Assembly: GCF_963506605.1 (NCBI RefSeq)
Contig: NC_083292.1
Coordinates: 16,368,001 to 16,432,000, forward strand
Length of the DNA stretch: 64,000 nucleotides
Reading direction: 5' to 3'
Source: Zootoca vivipara
Lineage: Eukaryota
The notes beneath the pieces are model-generated. The model did not search any database and was not told where the DNA came from. It was given only the letters and a program-made list of their open reading frames with translations. This document shows, piece by piece, positions 52,192-64,000 of this stretch. Position 1 is the stretch's first letter. Every line of letters begins with the position of its first letter. Both the position numbers and the translations under genes were made by a program.

Positions 52192-53478
52192 TATCAGCTT
52201 CTTTATAGTGGGATCCCTCCTCTCAAATGGCCAATAACTGGCCAATAACTTCAGCAGTGTGTTTCAGAACAGTTTGCAGGCACTTACGGTTGGCAGGGGT
52301 GGGAAGTAAGGAAAAATAAAAGAACCTCCGCTTAAGTTGTGCTCTTTTTAGAGTATGAATGTAAGAACCTAGCTGAATAAGACCACAGACATTGTGTTCT
52401 CAAAGTAACCAACCAGATTTTTCTGGGAAGCCTGAAAGCAGGACCAGAGTACAATGCTCACCCCCAGCAATCATCATTCAGAGCTATTATTGACTCCAAT
52501 AATGGGGAACAGCCACCAGAGCTGGTAGTCATTAAAGCCTTATCCTTCACTGACTTGCCTGAACCAGACTCCTCAACCTTGTGCCCCCCAGATGTTGCTG
52601 GGAAGGGTGGGCCTTTGGTCTGATCTAGCAGCTAGGACTGGGCAATATATCAATATATAATCCAAAACTGGCTTGAAGTCTATATTGTGATATTGGTTTC
52701 ATAATTTCTGACCTGGCAAAATATCGCAAATCATTATGAGTGTGTGTGTGCACTATGCAAAAATCACAATATGGGGAAAACCATGAAGCCAGCCAATGCT
52801 CTTGATTCTTGCAGCCGTTAACTCTGCTGACTCAGCTCTCCCCTGCCTCCTACAAGGAGCAGCGAATCACAAGATCAGTCCTTCTCCATTGCCAGTACTA
52901 AGCAACTGGTAGACTGCTTCTGTTCTGACCATGGAGGTCCTATTTAGTGGCCACCAGAAAGAATGTAGGCCAGTGGCAGGGCAACAGCTTTACATACAAA
53001 AGGTCCTAGGTTTCATCCCAGACAGGGATTGAATCCTATCTCCAGATATGGCTGGGAAAGACTCCCTTCTTGAAACCCTGGGGAGATGCTGCCAGTCCGT
53101 TTAGGCAATGCTGGGCTAGATGGACCAACGGCCCGACTTGGTATAAGGCAGCTTCCTATGTTACTTTTGGGGAAGCGCTGTCACTCAGTGGTCGAGCACT
53201 TGCTTTGCATGCAGAAAGCTCCAGGTTCCATCCCCAATGACATCTCTGCATAAGGTTGGGAATAGATTCCCACCCTGGAACCCACGAGAGCTGCTGCCAG
53301 TACGTGTAGACAGTACCAAACCAAAGGGACCAAACGGACCTGGCTCGGCATAAGGCAGCATCCTTTGTTTGGTGCCCAGAGGCGGCCTGTCCCCCGTCCC
53401 CCCACGCTCTGCTCCTTGCCGGCGCCGGCAGGACCGCCCTCTTCCCCGCAAGGTCACCCGGTCACAGGCCCCACTTAC

Positions 53479-53599
53479 TGGACCCGCCCTCGCCATGGCC
53501 CGACGCCGCTGCCGCAGAGAGGAGCCGCTTCAGCCCGGCCCGCGGAGTTGGAGCTACCAGTTGCCGGGAGGCCTTCCCGAGCACGACCGCTGCCGCCAT
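53479..53599 (-). CDS. COX6A1: COX6A1 exon 1
   Basis: MAAAVVLGKASRQL...LKRLLSAAAASGHGEGGS; A|GTAAGT donor; 121 nt. Confidence 0.94.
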
Positions 53600-53800
53600 G
53601 TCGCCACCGCTTCTCGATTGGAAGGCTTCAGTCGCTCTCTCGGTACCGGAAGCGGATGTAAGGAGACGGAGAGCGGGCGCTTGCTAATGACGTCAGCTCC
53701 AGGGGGAGCGGTGGGAGACATAGCGCAGAGGGCGTGCCCCAAACATAGACTTGTAAGAAATAGAGTCACGCACACGAGACTCACTTCCGGGCTGCTTGGG
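53600..53800 (-). promoter_or_regulatory. COX6A1 CpG promoter
   Basis: CCAAT (ATTGG ~53617), GABP sites CCGGAAG ~53646 and CACTTCCGG ~53782, perfect CRE TGACGTCA 53688-53695. Confidence 0.8.
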
Positions 53801-54439
53801 GCAGACATGGGAGCTGTTGGTTAAAGCAATTGAAGGAATCTAGCAGTTTAGACTGTCATCCTAAATCCGCTTGAATTCCCCATTTAATTTAATAGATTGT
53901 TTAGGGTTGTGTTTGCTGCCTGTTGTTTCTGATTCAGTTGGTATCTAATATGTGTGGGGAGGAAAGAGTTTTGTTGTTTTGTTTGGAGAATTTAACTTTA
54001 AAAAGTTCAAGCCAGCCAACTGGGCAGAAGAAGGCTTATGATTGCTATTGGGAGCTAGATCTGACCTGGTGGCCTTGCTTCAGCCACAGGGGTACTTTTG
54101 AATGGGGGATTTGTGGGTGGCACACTGATGTTCCTGGGGATCAGGCGAACAATTTGCCATTAGTTCTGTTCAGAATTATCCATACAGCTTAATGAGCACC
54201 TAGGATATCATATAACCAAATGGAAAACCAAATTACCAAATGAGATAAGTAAAAAAAAAGTCCAGTAGCACCTTAGAGACCAACTAAGTTTGTATCTGAA
54301 GAAGTGTGCATACACACAAAAACTTATACCCAGAACAAACCTAGCTGATCTCTTAAGGTGTTACTGGACAATTTTATTTATTTATTTCGACTGTGTCAGG
54401 CCAACACGGCTACCTACCTGAATCTCAAATGAGATATGG

Positions 54440-54865
54440 TTATTTACTGTGCCCCATGTTTTGTTAGCCCCCAAATGGAAAACGAGCGAGGTCCCAACCA
54501 AAGAAGAATGGCAACTTAAGTTGACAGAATATGCACAACTTGCAGGCTTAACATATAGAAAAAGAGAACAAGAACATACGTTTAAAGAAGATTGGAAAAT
54601 GTTTATTTACTATATGGAAATTAATTGTACACAGCTGAAAACGCTGGCAGCATTAAGATAAATTCAACAGTGTAAATGAGTTTTGAAGGATGCAATAATG
54701 GAAAGCTGATTGGTATTGTTTTTGTAAAATATACAGGTGTTTAAGATATGTAAAATGAACCATGGAAAGAGAAGAAAGGGAAGTCACTGATACTTGAAGG
54801 ATGTAAAATGAGTATTTGAAATTGTAAAACAGAAAATTTAATAAAATTTATTTTTAAAAAGAAAA
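54440..54865 (+). mobile_element. L1/Tx1-clade LINE 3' fragment
   Basis: LAPKWKTSEVPTKEEWQ...FKEDWKMF resembles L1 ORF2 C-terminus; AATAAA and A-rich tail. Confidence 0.65.
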
Positions 54866-56911
54866 CCAAATTACCCCAAAAGCTTGCTGGAGGTGCTATT
54901 GAGGTCACTGAATATATTAATTTAATTATCCTGGGAACTGTAGTTTGATAAAGCTGCTGAGAATTGCAGCTCTGTGAGACTACAGTTCCCAGGATTCTTG
55001 GGGAGAGGAAGTCATGTGCTTTAGGTGTGGAGCTGCTGTGTAAACCTAGTTTCCTGGATATTTACTGCTGGTGTGACCCCTGACCAAAGAACACGGAGAA
55101 GAGCTCCTCCTAGCATATAGCAGTAATATATCCTGGGTTTTGAGAGCCCAGAAAGGTTACAGCGGATCCTCAAGAAAGACCTGGAGCATGGCTTGTGAGT
55201 AGAAGAGGAAAAACCGGCTTGTGGAAAATAAAATATACATTGGGCTCTGGAAACCATTTCAGCAGCGGAGGCTTGTCTGTTAGACTGAATGTAGTTAGTG
55301 ACGCTTACTTTCTAGCCATGCTTACCTAGGTATATAAACCCCATTGGATTAGGCAGGAAGACCACTTATTTCTGAGTATAAATGATTATAGTTAGGCTAT
55401 TAAAATCACCTGTAGGATGGGCATAGGTAGGAGGGATCCCCATCTGTGCACATCTCTTATTTTCTCCTCTCTTGGGGCTGGCAGTTCCCACTCGACAACA
55501 GCAGTATGATGGCCACCAATTTGGTTAATTTTTAAAGGGGGTTAGACAAATTCCTGTAAGGGAGGGTAAAACAGAAGGCAGAAGACTCCACGTTTGATCC
55601 CCAGTGGCACCTCCAGGTAGGATGGGGAGAGACTATTCTCATCTGAAACTCTGAAGAGCCACTGCCAGACAGTACTGAGCTAGGTGATCCATTGGTCTGA
55701 CTCAGGAAAAAGCAGTTTCTTGCATGTCCACATACAAACAGGTGCATCCCAGTTTGGCCAGGCTTTCCTTTAAATGATCAGGCCTCCCACCCTGTTGTCC
55801 AGCGGCCAAAGCTCACTGCTGGGCCTGGTACTGTATTCTTCAAATTAAAAAATGGTGTAGGTCTGATCCTCTGGTCTGATCCAGCAGAGATCTTGTGCTC
55901 AAAAGTGGGTAGAGCCACAGAGGTGGCTTTTACAAGGATCTCACATTCCATCCACACAAAAGCCAGGGTTTTCTTCCACTTCACCAGGCAAGCAGGAGCG
56001 ATAACGTCACTCGAGGAAGGCGTAGAGCAGGGTCAATGAGGGGTTTGGCTGGGGAGAGTGCAGCGGGCAAGACAGAGAGGCGTGGAGGGCCACATTCCAT
56101 GCTCAATGGCTTCCCTCCGCTGGCCTAACATAACAAACAAGGCATTACTAACATTTTAGGCAAACAGCTCTGGAGAAACCCCCATCAAGTCCTGAAAGGT
56201 GGATAAATCATTGGTAGTACTTGACAGTTCCACGGGGCGGCAGGCTGAGCTTTCTACTGGTGGCTGACCTTGGAGATGGGATGTCCAGGCGACTGTTTCA
56301 CATCTCAAAATATGCATTTTCTAGTAGATCCGCTCTAATCATGTAATTTACAGGGTCATTGTGTGGATAAAATGGGATAGACGCCATGAATACCACCCTG
56401 ATCTCCTTGGAGACATGCCAATGTCATAAAAGGAATAAATAAAACCCCTTCCCTGCAAATCCACCACAAATTAGGCCCTGGGACCCCAAAGGACTTCAGA
56501 TGCATTTTATTAATTAAGATGTTTTGCAAACAAACTATACCTTTTAAAGCACATTGCTTTCCAGCCAAGAATTCTGGGAACTGTAGTTCCTTAAGGCTTG
56601 CTGGGAATTGAGAAGCAGTGGAGGCTGGTCTCGTGAGGCACTGCCCCCACCAACCTCAGCCTTTTACTTGTCTGCCTTCTTACTGATGAAGCAGGTGCCA
56701 CTAGCGACCAGCTTCCTCCTCCTTAGTCTCTGTGTTGCCCTTGCAGAACTCAGCAGTGATGGAGAGGAAACCAGAACTGAGTTGGCTCTGGTGCCACCTA
56801 CTGTTGGGCTCCCAGTTGGCACGAGCTACCAGCGGTGAGAGATAAACTTACAGCATGCAGAATCTTTGAGGGAAAGAAGGTGGCTCTGAATGCATTTCAT
56901 AGCCTGTGGAA

Positions 56912-57235
56912 ACAGAGAATGGTAGAGTTAGAAGGGACCCCTAGGGTCATCTAGTCCAACCCCCTGCAATGCAGGAATCACAGCTAAAGATTCCCTGATA
57001 GATGGTCATCCTTCCTCTGTTTAAAAACCTCCAATGAAGGAGATTCCACCACCTTCCAAGGTGGTCCATTCTGCTGTCCAACAGCTCTTAGAAAGTTCTT
57101 CCTAGCGTTTAGTTGGAATCTCCTTTCTTGTCACTTGAATCCACTGGTTCAGGTCCTGTTCTCTGGAACAGCAGCGAAAACAAGCTTGCTCCATCTTCCA
57201 TGTGGCATTCCTTCAACTATTTGAAGGTGGCCCCT
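56912..57235 (-). mobile_element. CR1 LINE 3' end
   Basis: AGAATGGTAGAGTTAGAAGGGACC...GGTCATCTAGTCCAACCCCCTG, typical reverse CR1 tail. Confidence 0.75.
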
Positions 57236-57245
57236 CCAGAAGAGG

Positions 57246-57246
<1 letters not shown>

Positions 57247-57306
<60 letters not shown>

Positions 57307-57602
57307 GGTCCCCCGACTTACGAAGTACTCGACTTACGAAATTTCGAGTTACGAATGAAAAAAAATGGCCGCACGCTTACGTTTCCCCCCGACATCCGAA
57401 CGGAAAACCGTTGCGGTTTAGATGGGCTTTTCTTGACTTACGAATTTTAGATGCGGTTTACTCGACTTACAAATTTTTCCATTTCCAATGCATTCCTATG
57501 GGGAACCGCTTTTTTCGACTTGCAAATTTTTCAACCTACGAATGTGCATTCGGAATGGATTAAATTCGTAAGTCGAGGGACCACTGTATATATATATATA
57601 TA
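57247..57602. mobile_element. Tc1/mariner MITE (57303-57586) flanked by (TA)n(CA)n and (TA)n microsatellite
   Basis: CAGTGGTCCCCCGACTTACG...CGTAAGTCGAGGGACCACTG TIRs. Confidence 0.85.
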
Positions 57603-57963
57603 GTCTGTATACACACTATACCTTTAAATTATTAACATTCATTCCTTTTCTATACCACTTTATATTTTTAAGGGAGGGGGGATCTCAAAGCAGTTTACGT
57701 TAAAACATCAACTAAAACAACCCCGAATAAAACATTATTGAAGAAAGTTAAATATAAATCATACATTCAAAGCCACAGGAAACTAAAACATCATCTTAAA
57801 GTTTTCAGCATATAACATTACAAAGGAGGTCAGCTACAGAATGCACATTTTAACGCAGCAAAGTTAACCCACATATGGGAAACATTACTAAACAAAGTTA
57901 AATATAAAATGCACATTTAAAGCAGCATAATTATCAAGCGAATAACATATCATAAGCATAGAA

Positions 57964-58213
57964 CAGGGGTTCCCAAACTAAGGCCCGGGGGCTGGATGCG
58001 GCCCAATCACCTTCTAAATCTGGCCCGCGTACTGTCCAGGAATCAGCTTGTTTTTACATGAGTAGAATGTGTTCTTTTATTTAAAATGCATCTCTGGGTT
58101 ATTTGTGGGGCATATGAATTCATTCATATATTTTTTCAAAATATAGTCCGGCCCCCCACAACGTCCGAAGGACAGTGGACCTGCCCCCTGCTGAAAAGTT
58201 TTGCTGACCCCTG
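57964..58213. mobile_element. Non-autonomous hAT (OposCharlie1/OC1-like)
   Basis: CAGGGGTTCCCAAACT...TTTGCTGACCCCTG; perfect 8-bp TSD GCATAGAA. Confidence 0.88.
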
Positions 58214-58711
58214 GCATAGAACATACAGGTACATGCTTCTGTTGGGAGGGCTGTGTCTGTAGAAGCTCAGGCTCAATGACTTGAGTCTGTGCTAAGAGAC
58301 AAGGTGGTCTCTGGCCTCTTCAGCAGCCTCAGCTTTCGTAGCTGGAGTCAGTCAGGGCCCTGCCCTCCCAGCGCAGTTGGGGAAAGGCCTGCAAGGCAGG
58401 GAGCAGGTCCTCCGGAACTCACAGCCAAGAGGGTATATACCCAATTCCACCCACTGCATGCCCTGATAGGCATCAGGTTGGCTACTGTGAGAACAGGATG
58501 CTGGACTAGATGGGTCTGTGGCCTGATCCAGCTGAAGGGCTCTTCTTGTGGTCTTGCGTTCCTCTGTTTCTGAACTTGCTTGCGAATCTGAACACAGCTC
58601 CCACTTGGAATGAGGCCCTTTATGGTTTCTGAAAAGTCCTATCTTATATAAGAAGATGCCTATGAAACATGTATTATGAATGCATTGAGAAGTGCCTGTT
58701 TTTCATGTTTT

Positions 58712-59122
58712 AAAGCACAATTCAAAGTGTTGGTGCTGACCTTTAAATCCCTAAACGGCCTTGGTGTCCTGTATACCTGAAGGACCGTCTCCACCCCCAT
58801 CGTTCAGCCCGGACACTGAGATCCAGCACCGAGGTCCTTCTGGTGGTTCCCTCGCTGCGAGAAGTGAGGTTACAGGGAACCAGGCAGAGGGCCTTCTCGG
58901 TAGTGGTGCCCGCCCTGTGGAACGCCCTCCCAGCAGATGTCAAGGCAATAAGCAACTACAGTATTTTACTTTTAAAAGACAACTGAAGGCGGCCCTGTTT
59001 AGGGAAGTTTTTAATGTTTGATGCTGTATTGTTTTTAATATTTGGTTGGAAGCCGCCCAGAGTGGCTGGGGAAACCCAGCCAGATGGGTGGGGTATAAAT
59101 AATAAATTATTCTTTTATTATT
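58712..59122 (+). mobile_element. L2 LINE 3' fragment
   Basis: Uninterrupted version of the element split at 26475/27701. Confidence 0.85.
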
Positions 59123-60445
59123 AAAGGGTGCGTTTTAATTGCGTAGAATGTGGATTTTATCTGTGCGCAGTTCTTTTCCCCCTTCTTTTTAAGTATCTGC
59201 CCAGAAGGTGAGACGGAAGGGACCTATGCCTTGGTGCCCATGAGAAATGGGACAAATTCTGGGCCATTCCGTCCACCCTTGGATGCTGCAAACTCTTGCA
59301 TCACTTCCAACACTGAAACCCCCCCTGCTTGCCTCCTGTCCACAGACGTTCACTGGCCAGCAGCGGAGACAATGATAGGACAAAAGAGAAGATTTGCCCC
59401 ATTCTTTTCTCGCCTGTCTCCAGCCTCCTCCATCCCTTCAGATATTGCCCTGCCCCTCCCCTTCTTTTTTTCAGGGACCCCCATCCATCTACACTGCAAG
59501 GCGGAGGGCAGGGGGTTGGGGAGGAATGCCATTGTCCTGTCTTCTAGGAGTGATCTGGAAGCACTATGCAAATCTTCAGTTGAAGACCCTGGGAACTGGG
59601 CCTCTGGGGGATGGGTTTAGCTATGGGGGCTGGGGGAGGGGGAGATGTTTGGTGATCTCTTAGCAGCCCAATGTGGTATCAGTTCAGTAGGCAGGGAATT
59701 CCTTCTCCTTCCTCTTGTTTCCTTGGAAGGAAGGACAGCATTATACCATATGTTGTGTGTGCATCTTCCGACATGTATAGCTGCCATGTCTTCTGAGCAT
59801 CTGGGATGTTCATTCAGTTGGTCTGATGAGAGTAACTACCCAGGTGCCTTTTCTCTCCCTTTATAGATCACATTATCCTGAATTTTGTGGTGTAAAAGCA
59901 GCAGCTTGCGCACCTTCCCCTTCCAGGGAGCCCTTTCTGAACTGCCTTGCTGGCCATGTTGCCCCTTTGGGTCGCAAAGAATCTTGGGAGATCATACATA
60001 TCCACGCAGAGCAGGGTCTGTTACAGTCTTTCCCAACGTGGCACCCTCCAAATGTTGTTGGACTACAACTCCCATCAGCCCCAACATCATCCAGATGTGC
60101 TGGCGGGGGTTGATGGGACTTGCAGTCCAACAACATCTGGTCTTTTAGGCCGCACTGCTGCTCCTGCTGCTCCATGGGGATTAAGAAACCAATATTATCC
60201 TCAGGCTGTGTCTTGCAGGTTAAGTGGTTTGCAAGCTGTCTTAACAGGTAAGCTGGCCTGCAGTTACTGAGGTCATTCCAATGCTTTCTAGAGTACCTGC
60301 AGTTTGATAGTCAGGTGCATAACTCAAGATGAAGCGGTGGCATAGCGTGGGTTGTCAGGGCCCGTGGCAAGGCAAGTGCAAAATGCACCTGGCTGATTTT
60401 GAACAATGCACAGAAGGCAGTGATGATCACCAACCTCAATGACTT

Positions 60446-61579
60446 TGTTATAAGAATGTTAACGTCTCAAATATAGAATAAATATTCCATAAATGCACAC
60501 ATATCTAAATATATGAACCATGAAGCCATTTTGACTCTCCCAATGACCTCAAATATTCATCTGCAGTAAGGGAGACAAATGGAGAAAGCCTTCCCATTGC
60601 CTTTTTGCTTGCAAATCCTGTCTTAAGGGCATATCTGTGTATGAATAGGGTGAACCTGTGACCTGGATTCAGGAACTAAAGTATTAACCATCACAAAAGA
60701 ATGCCCAGACTGCCAGGTAATGCAATCAGTGACCATTATTACGGTAGGTATCCTGGCAGACACCTCCTCTGTGGTAGACAGCCTCCTTCTGTGATGTATG
60801 TATGCTGTTTTAGGGGGGTGGTCTTGGGCAACAGGGTGGGCAATTTCAAAAGTCTATATAAGGGCTTGCGCACCATTGTTCAATGTTCTCCTCCTTCCTG
60901 CGTGTGGTGAGTGGGGACCCTGTTGCAACAGTTCCTTTAATAAAGATCAGGCTTACTAGTTGCTTTGCTTCTCAATATTATCTGGTTCAGTGGTTCCCAA
61001 CAGGTGGTCCGGGGACCCCCAGGGGTCCACGAGCTATGCCAGAGGGGTCCGCAAGATGCTATTAGAATAAAAAATATATTAAATATATTTCGTATGATAA
61101 CAGATTTTTTGTTTTGGCCGCTTCCTGCATGAGCAGAGTCTAGTGCAAAACTAGAATTAGATAGAGGCAGTAGTTCTGCTGTATGCCGTTAGGTGGCGCT
61201 TTACAAACACTACTGTTTTGCAAAGAGGCAGCGCGCGCATTCTACTAACGCTCACCTCCCCAAGATGCTTTGCGCGTGTCGGCTTCATTTGTGCGCTACT
61301 GCGCAGGTACCCTGTCTTCTCCATTCCCCTCCCTCCTCTCTGGACTCTTATAAAAAGACTCTTAATTTGGCTCTCACTTTTTAATTTTAGGATTAGGAAT
61401 TAATGGGGGTCCTTGTCACAATAGCGGCTCGATGAGGGGTCCTCGAGAAAATTTTGTTGGGAACCCCTGATCTGGTTGGCCTCTGTTATTTTCTCCTACC
61501 GATAGGGAACCCACTTAAGGACTCTATATAGGCTCCAGAATACCCCATAAGTGAAAAAGGAGCAGTTTTTCTTATAACA
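60446..61579 (+). mobile_element. Solo LTR with nested hAT element
   Basis: TGTTATAAGAA...TTCTTATAACA 11-bp inverted termini; 4-bp TSD ACTT; TATA (~60856) and AATAAA (~60939). Confidence 0.9.
60988..61469. mobile_element. Non-autonomous hAT (Charlie/SPIN-like termini)
   Basis: CAGTGGTTCCCAAC...GTTGGGAACCCCTG; perfect 8-bp TSD ATCTGGTT. Confidence 0.9.
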
Positions 61580-62496
61580 ACTTTAAAACAGAGTCGACAA
61601 ATGCATGGAGGAGAGGGCTATCAATGACTACTATCGGTACCAGCCACAATTGACTATACTCTGCTTCTATGGTCGGAGACAGAAAAGTTTTTTAATACCA
61701 GCTGCTGGTAGCCACAGGAGAGGAGGGTGCCCTCATGTTCGGGTCCTGTTTGCCGGTTTCCCACAGGCAACTGGGTAACCACTTTGAGAACAGGGCTGCT
61801 GAGCTAGATGGGTACCCTTTGGCCTGATTGATTGGGCTCTTGTGCTGTTCTTACGACAATGACCACTTATCTGCATTCATCCAGATTTGCTTGCAGGGTG
61901 TTTACACATCTTCCTGTTCATCATTCATTCATTCATCCCACATTTTTCAATGCCATTTCCCCGCTGCTTTCCAAACTGCAATTAAAAAACAAAAAAAAAA
62001 CCAGTTTTGTCGCGCTAGGGTGAGACAAAGTGCTTCAACCCACTTTAAATGCACAACCCCGAAGTTCTGGTATGCACTTGATTCCCTCCTGTGCAATACG
62101 GACAGTCCCTCGGATGCTACTGCCAGCTCTCATACAAAGGCGCTGTTGACATGCGGCCATCCAAATCGCGTTCCAGGGTTTTCTTCTCTCTCCTCTGATT
62201 ACCCCTCTGACAGATAAGGAGAACAAGCTGTTCTTTTCCTCTTCGCCTTTTGTGGAAAGGTAACATCACACGGCCTTGCCTGCTCAACAGAAAACAATTC
62301 CTTCCCTTCTCTCTCCCGCTTCTCGTCGTACATTTCTCTCTGCTTCAGGAACACCGGCCAAAGTGAGCAGTGTGCACATGAACTCTTGAGGGCAGAGGTG
62401 TGTGGGAGAGAAACTCTTGCACGATTTCCCAGCGAGATCTAACAAGTGGTTGAAGTGCCCCAGACCTGAATGCTGGTTTAAAGTTTAGGGCCCACC

Positions 62497-63121
62497 TTAT
62501 CGTCTTCCAAAGCAACTACATAGGAATGCATTGAATTTTTTTGATTTTTTTTCCCCCCATAGGAACGCATTAATTGAATTTCAATGCATTCCTATGGGAA
62601 ACCGCGATTCGCTAGACGAATTTTTCATAAAACGAATTCGTCTAGCGAGGCAACCTCCGCTCGAAAAATCCTTTTGTTAAGCGGAAATTTCGTTAAGCAG
62701 GGCATTCGTTAAGCGAGGCACCACTGTACTCTATTCCAAACTTAAAAATGGAAAGCGTAATGCTGGTGGGTCAACAAAAGAGGTTTAAAGACACTCTCAA
62801 GGCAAATCTAAAAAAATGTAGTATAAACATTGACAACTGGGAAACACTGGCTTGCGAGTGCCCCAACTGGAGAACAGCCTTTACCAAAGGTGTCATGGAC
62901 TTTGAAGATACTCAAAATCAGAACGAAAGGGAGAAACATGCTAAGAGGAAGGCACTCTTGGCAAATCCACATCGTGCTCAACTCCCGCCCGGAAACCAAT
63001 GTCCCCACTGTGGAAGGACATGTGGATCCTAATTGGCCTCCACAGTCATTTACGGACTCATTGTTAAAACTGTTTATGGAAGACAATCTTACTCGGCTAC
63101 GAGTGATTGCCAAGAAGAAGA
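62497..63121 (+). mobile_element. RTE-clade LINE 3' fragment, interrupted by a partial Tc1/mariner MITE (~62519-62726)
   Basis: GQQKRFKDTLKANLKKC.I..WETLA...WR...CPHCGRTCGS; GAAGAAGA tail. Confidence 0.85.
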
Positions 63122-63161
63122 CTGCTGTCAGCTGTGCTAAGATAAGCAACGTTGGGCTCCA

Positions 63162-63247
63162 TAGCTGCCAAGTTTTCCCTTTTCTCAAGAGGAAGCCTAT
63201 TCAGCATAAGGGAATTTCCCTTTAAAAAAGAGAGAACTTGGCAGCTA
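63162..63247. mobile_element. Short MITE
   Basis: TAGCTGCCAAGTT...AACTTGGCAGCTA terminal inverted repeats. Confidence 0.7.
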
Positions 63248-63851
63248 TGTTGGGCTCACACTTATCTGCAGCAGCAGTGGCTGTCTGAGCCCCTAAAGCA
63301 CCAGCAAGAATGAAGAGGGTGCGGGTGGGTGCGATTGGGATTGAAGAGGAACTGGGAAGACCGAAGAAGACCTTGAATGGACTGCTTGTATTTGAAGCGG
63401 ATATTATCACCAGCTTCAGCTATCATAGGATGATGGGAGTTGTAGTCCAAAACACCTGGAGGGCTCCAGGTTGGAGAAGGCTGCCTTACTGTATGCTTTT
63501 TAATTGTTTGTAAGTCGCCACAGATAAAGAGGTGTGTATATCACATGATTTTAAACAGTTTTTTTCTCTCACAGCAAGGTTCTACTAACATACCAGTCAC
63601 TTTATGTTCTCCTCCAACTGTTTCCATCCCAGTTAGTCATTATAATTGGTCACTGAAAACCAGTGCCTGTGTTTGTTTTTCTCCCTCCCAGTAGCCCTTT
63701 CCTTTTATGCTGTGCCTTTTAGATCACAAGCAGGAACTGACTTTTAAATCTGTTCCTTGGAAGTCTTTTTAAGGTAAAAAGGAAAGTACACCAAGTTTTT
63801 TACTCTTTAATGATTTTCTTATATGGCTTTAAACCACTTTGATATACAGTA

Positions 63852-64000
63852 CAGTGGTACCTCGCAAGACGAATGCCTCGCACAACGAAAAACTCGCAAG
63901 ACGAATGACTTTTGCATTGCATGAGGCATTCGCAAGACGAAGGGGTTTTCTATGACCGCCGCTTTGTCTTGCGAAGCGCGGCCATAGAATGTAGCGCGGG
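63852..64000. mobile_element. Tc1/mariner MITE, truncated by window edge
   Basis: TA|CAGTGGTACCTCGCAAGACG left TIR. Confidence 0.75.

Noticed and set aside
51675-52245. 168-aa and 154-aa minus-strand ORFs
   Set aside because: COX6A1 exon 2 read through into an intronic MITE; not separate genes.
63723-63773. AG...GT-bounded 51-nt segment as next exon of the candidate gene
   Set aside because: Stop codons in all three frames; resembles an old L2/MIR-type tail.

Overview
Vertebrate genomic DNA from a squamate, most likely a lacertid lizard (Sauria/Squam1 SINEs, squamate L2/CR1/RTE LINEs, MITEs). The window covers the conserved gene block syntenic to human 12q24.31: RNF10 (-, exons 1-2 only; the gene runs off the left edge), COQ5 (+, 7 exons, 318 aa), DYNLL1 (-, 89 aa), SRSF9 (+, 4 exons, 244 aa), GATC (-, 4 exons, 154 aa), TRIAP1 (+, 2 exons, 79 aa) and COX6A1 (-, 3 exons, 115 aa). 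Genes were recognised from recalled protein sequence, and exon phases were checked by hand; all join in frame. The rest is TE-rich: Sauria SINEs, hAT and Tc1/mariner MITEs with TSDs, an LTR family with 4-bp TSDs and one PBS, a Rex1/Babar LINE nested in an L2, plus RTE, CR1 and L1 fragments. The most interesting signals are post-transcriptional: (1) an ATF4-like uORF arrangement in RNF10, with a 3-codon uORF and an 88-aa out-of-frame uORF overlapping both main starts; (2) candidate poison exons in SRSF9 intron 2 and RNF10 intron 1; (3) a GC-AG intron in TRIAP1; (4) an AG|GTAAGT recursive-type site in SRSF9 intron 3; (5) a possible in-frame COX6A1-GATC read-through; and (6) a speculative unannotated spliced gene with a signal-peptide-like exon and 14-nt microexons at 56.7-62.4 kb. 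No database searches were run.
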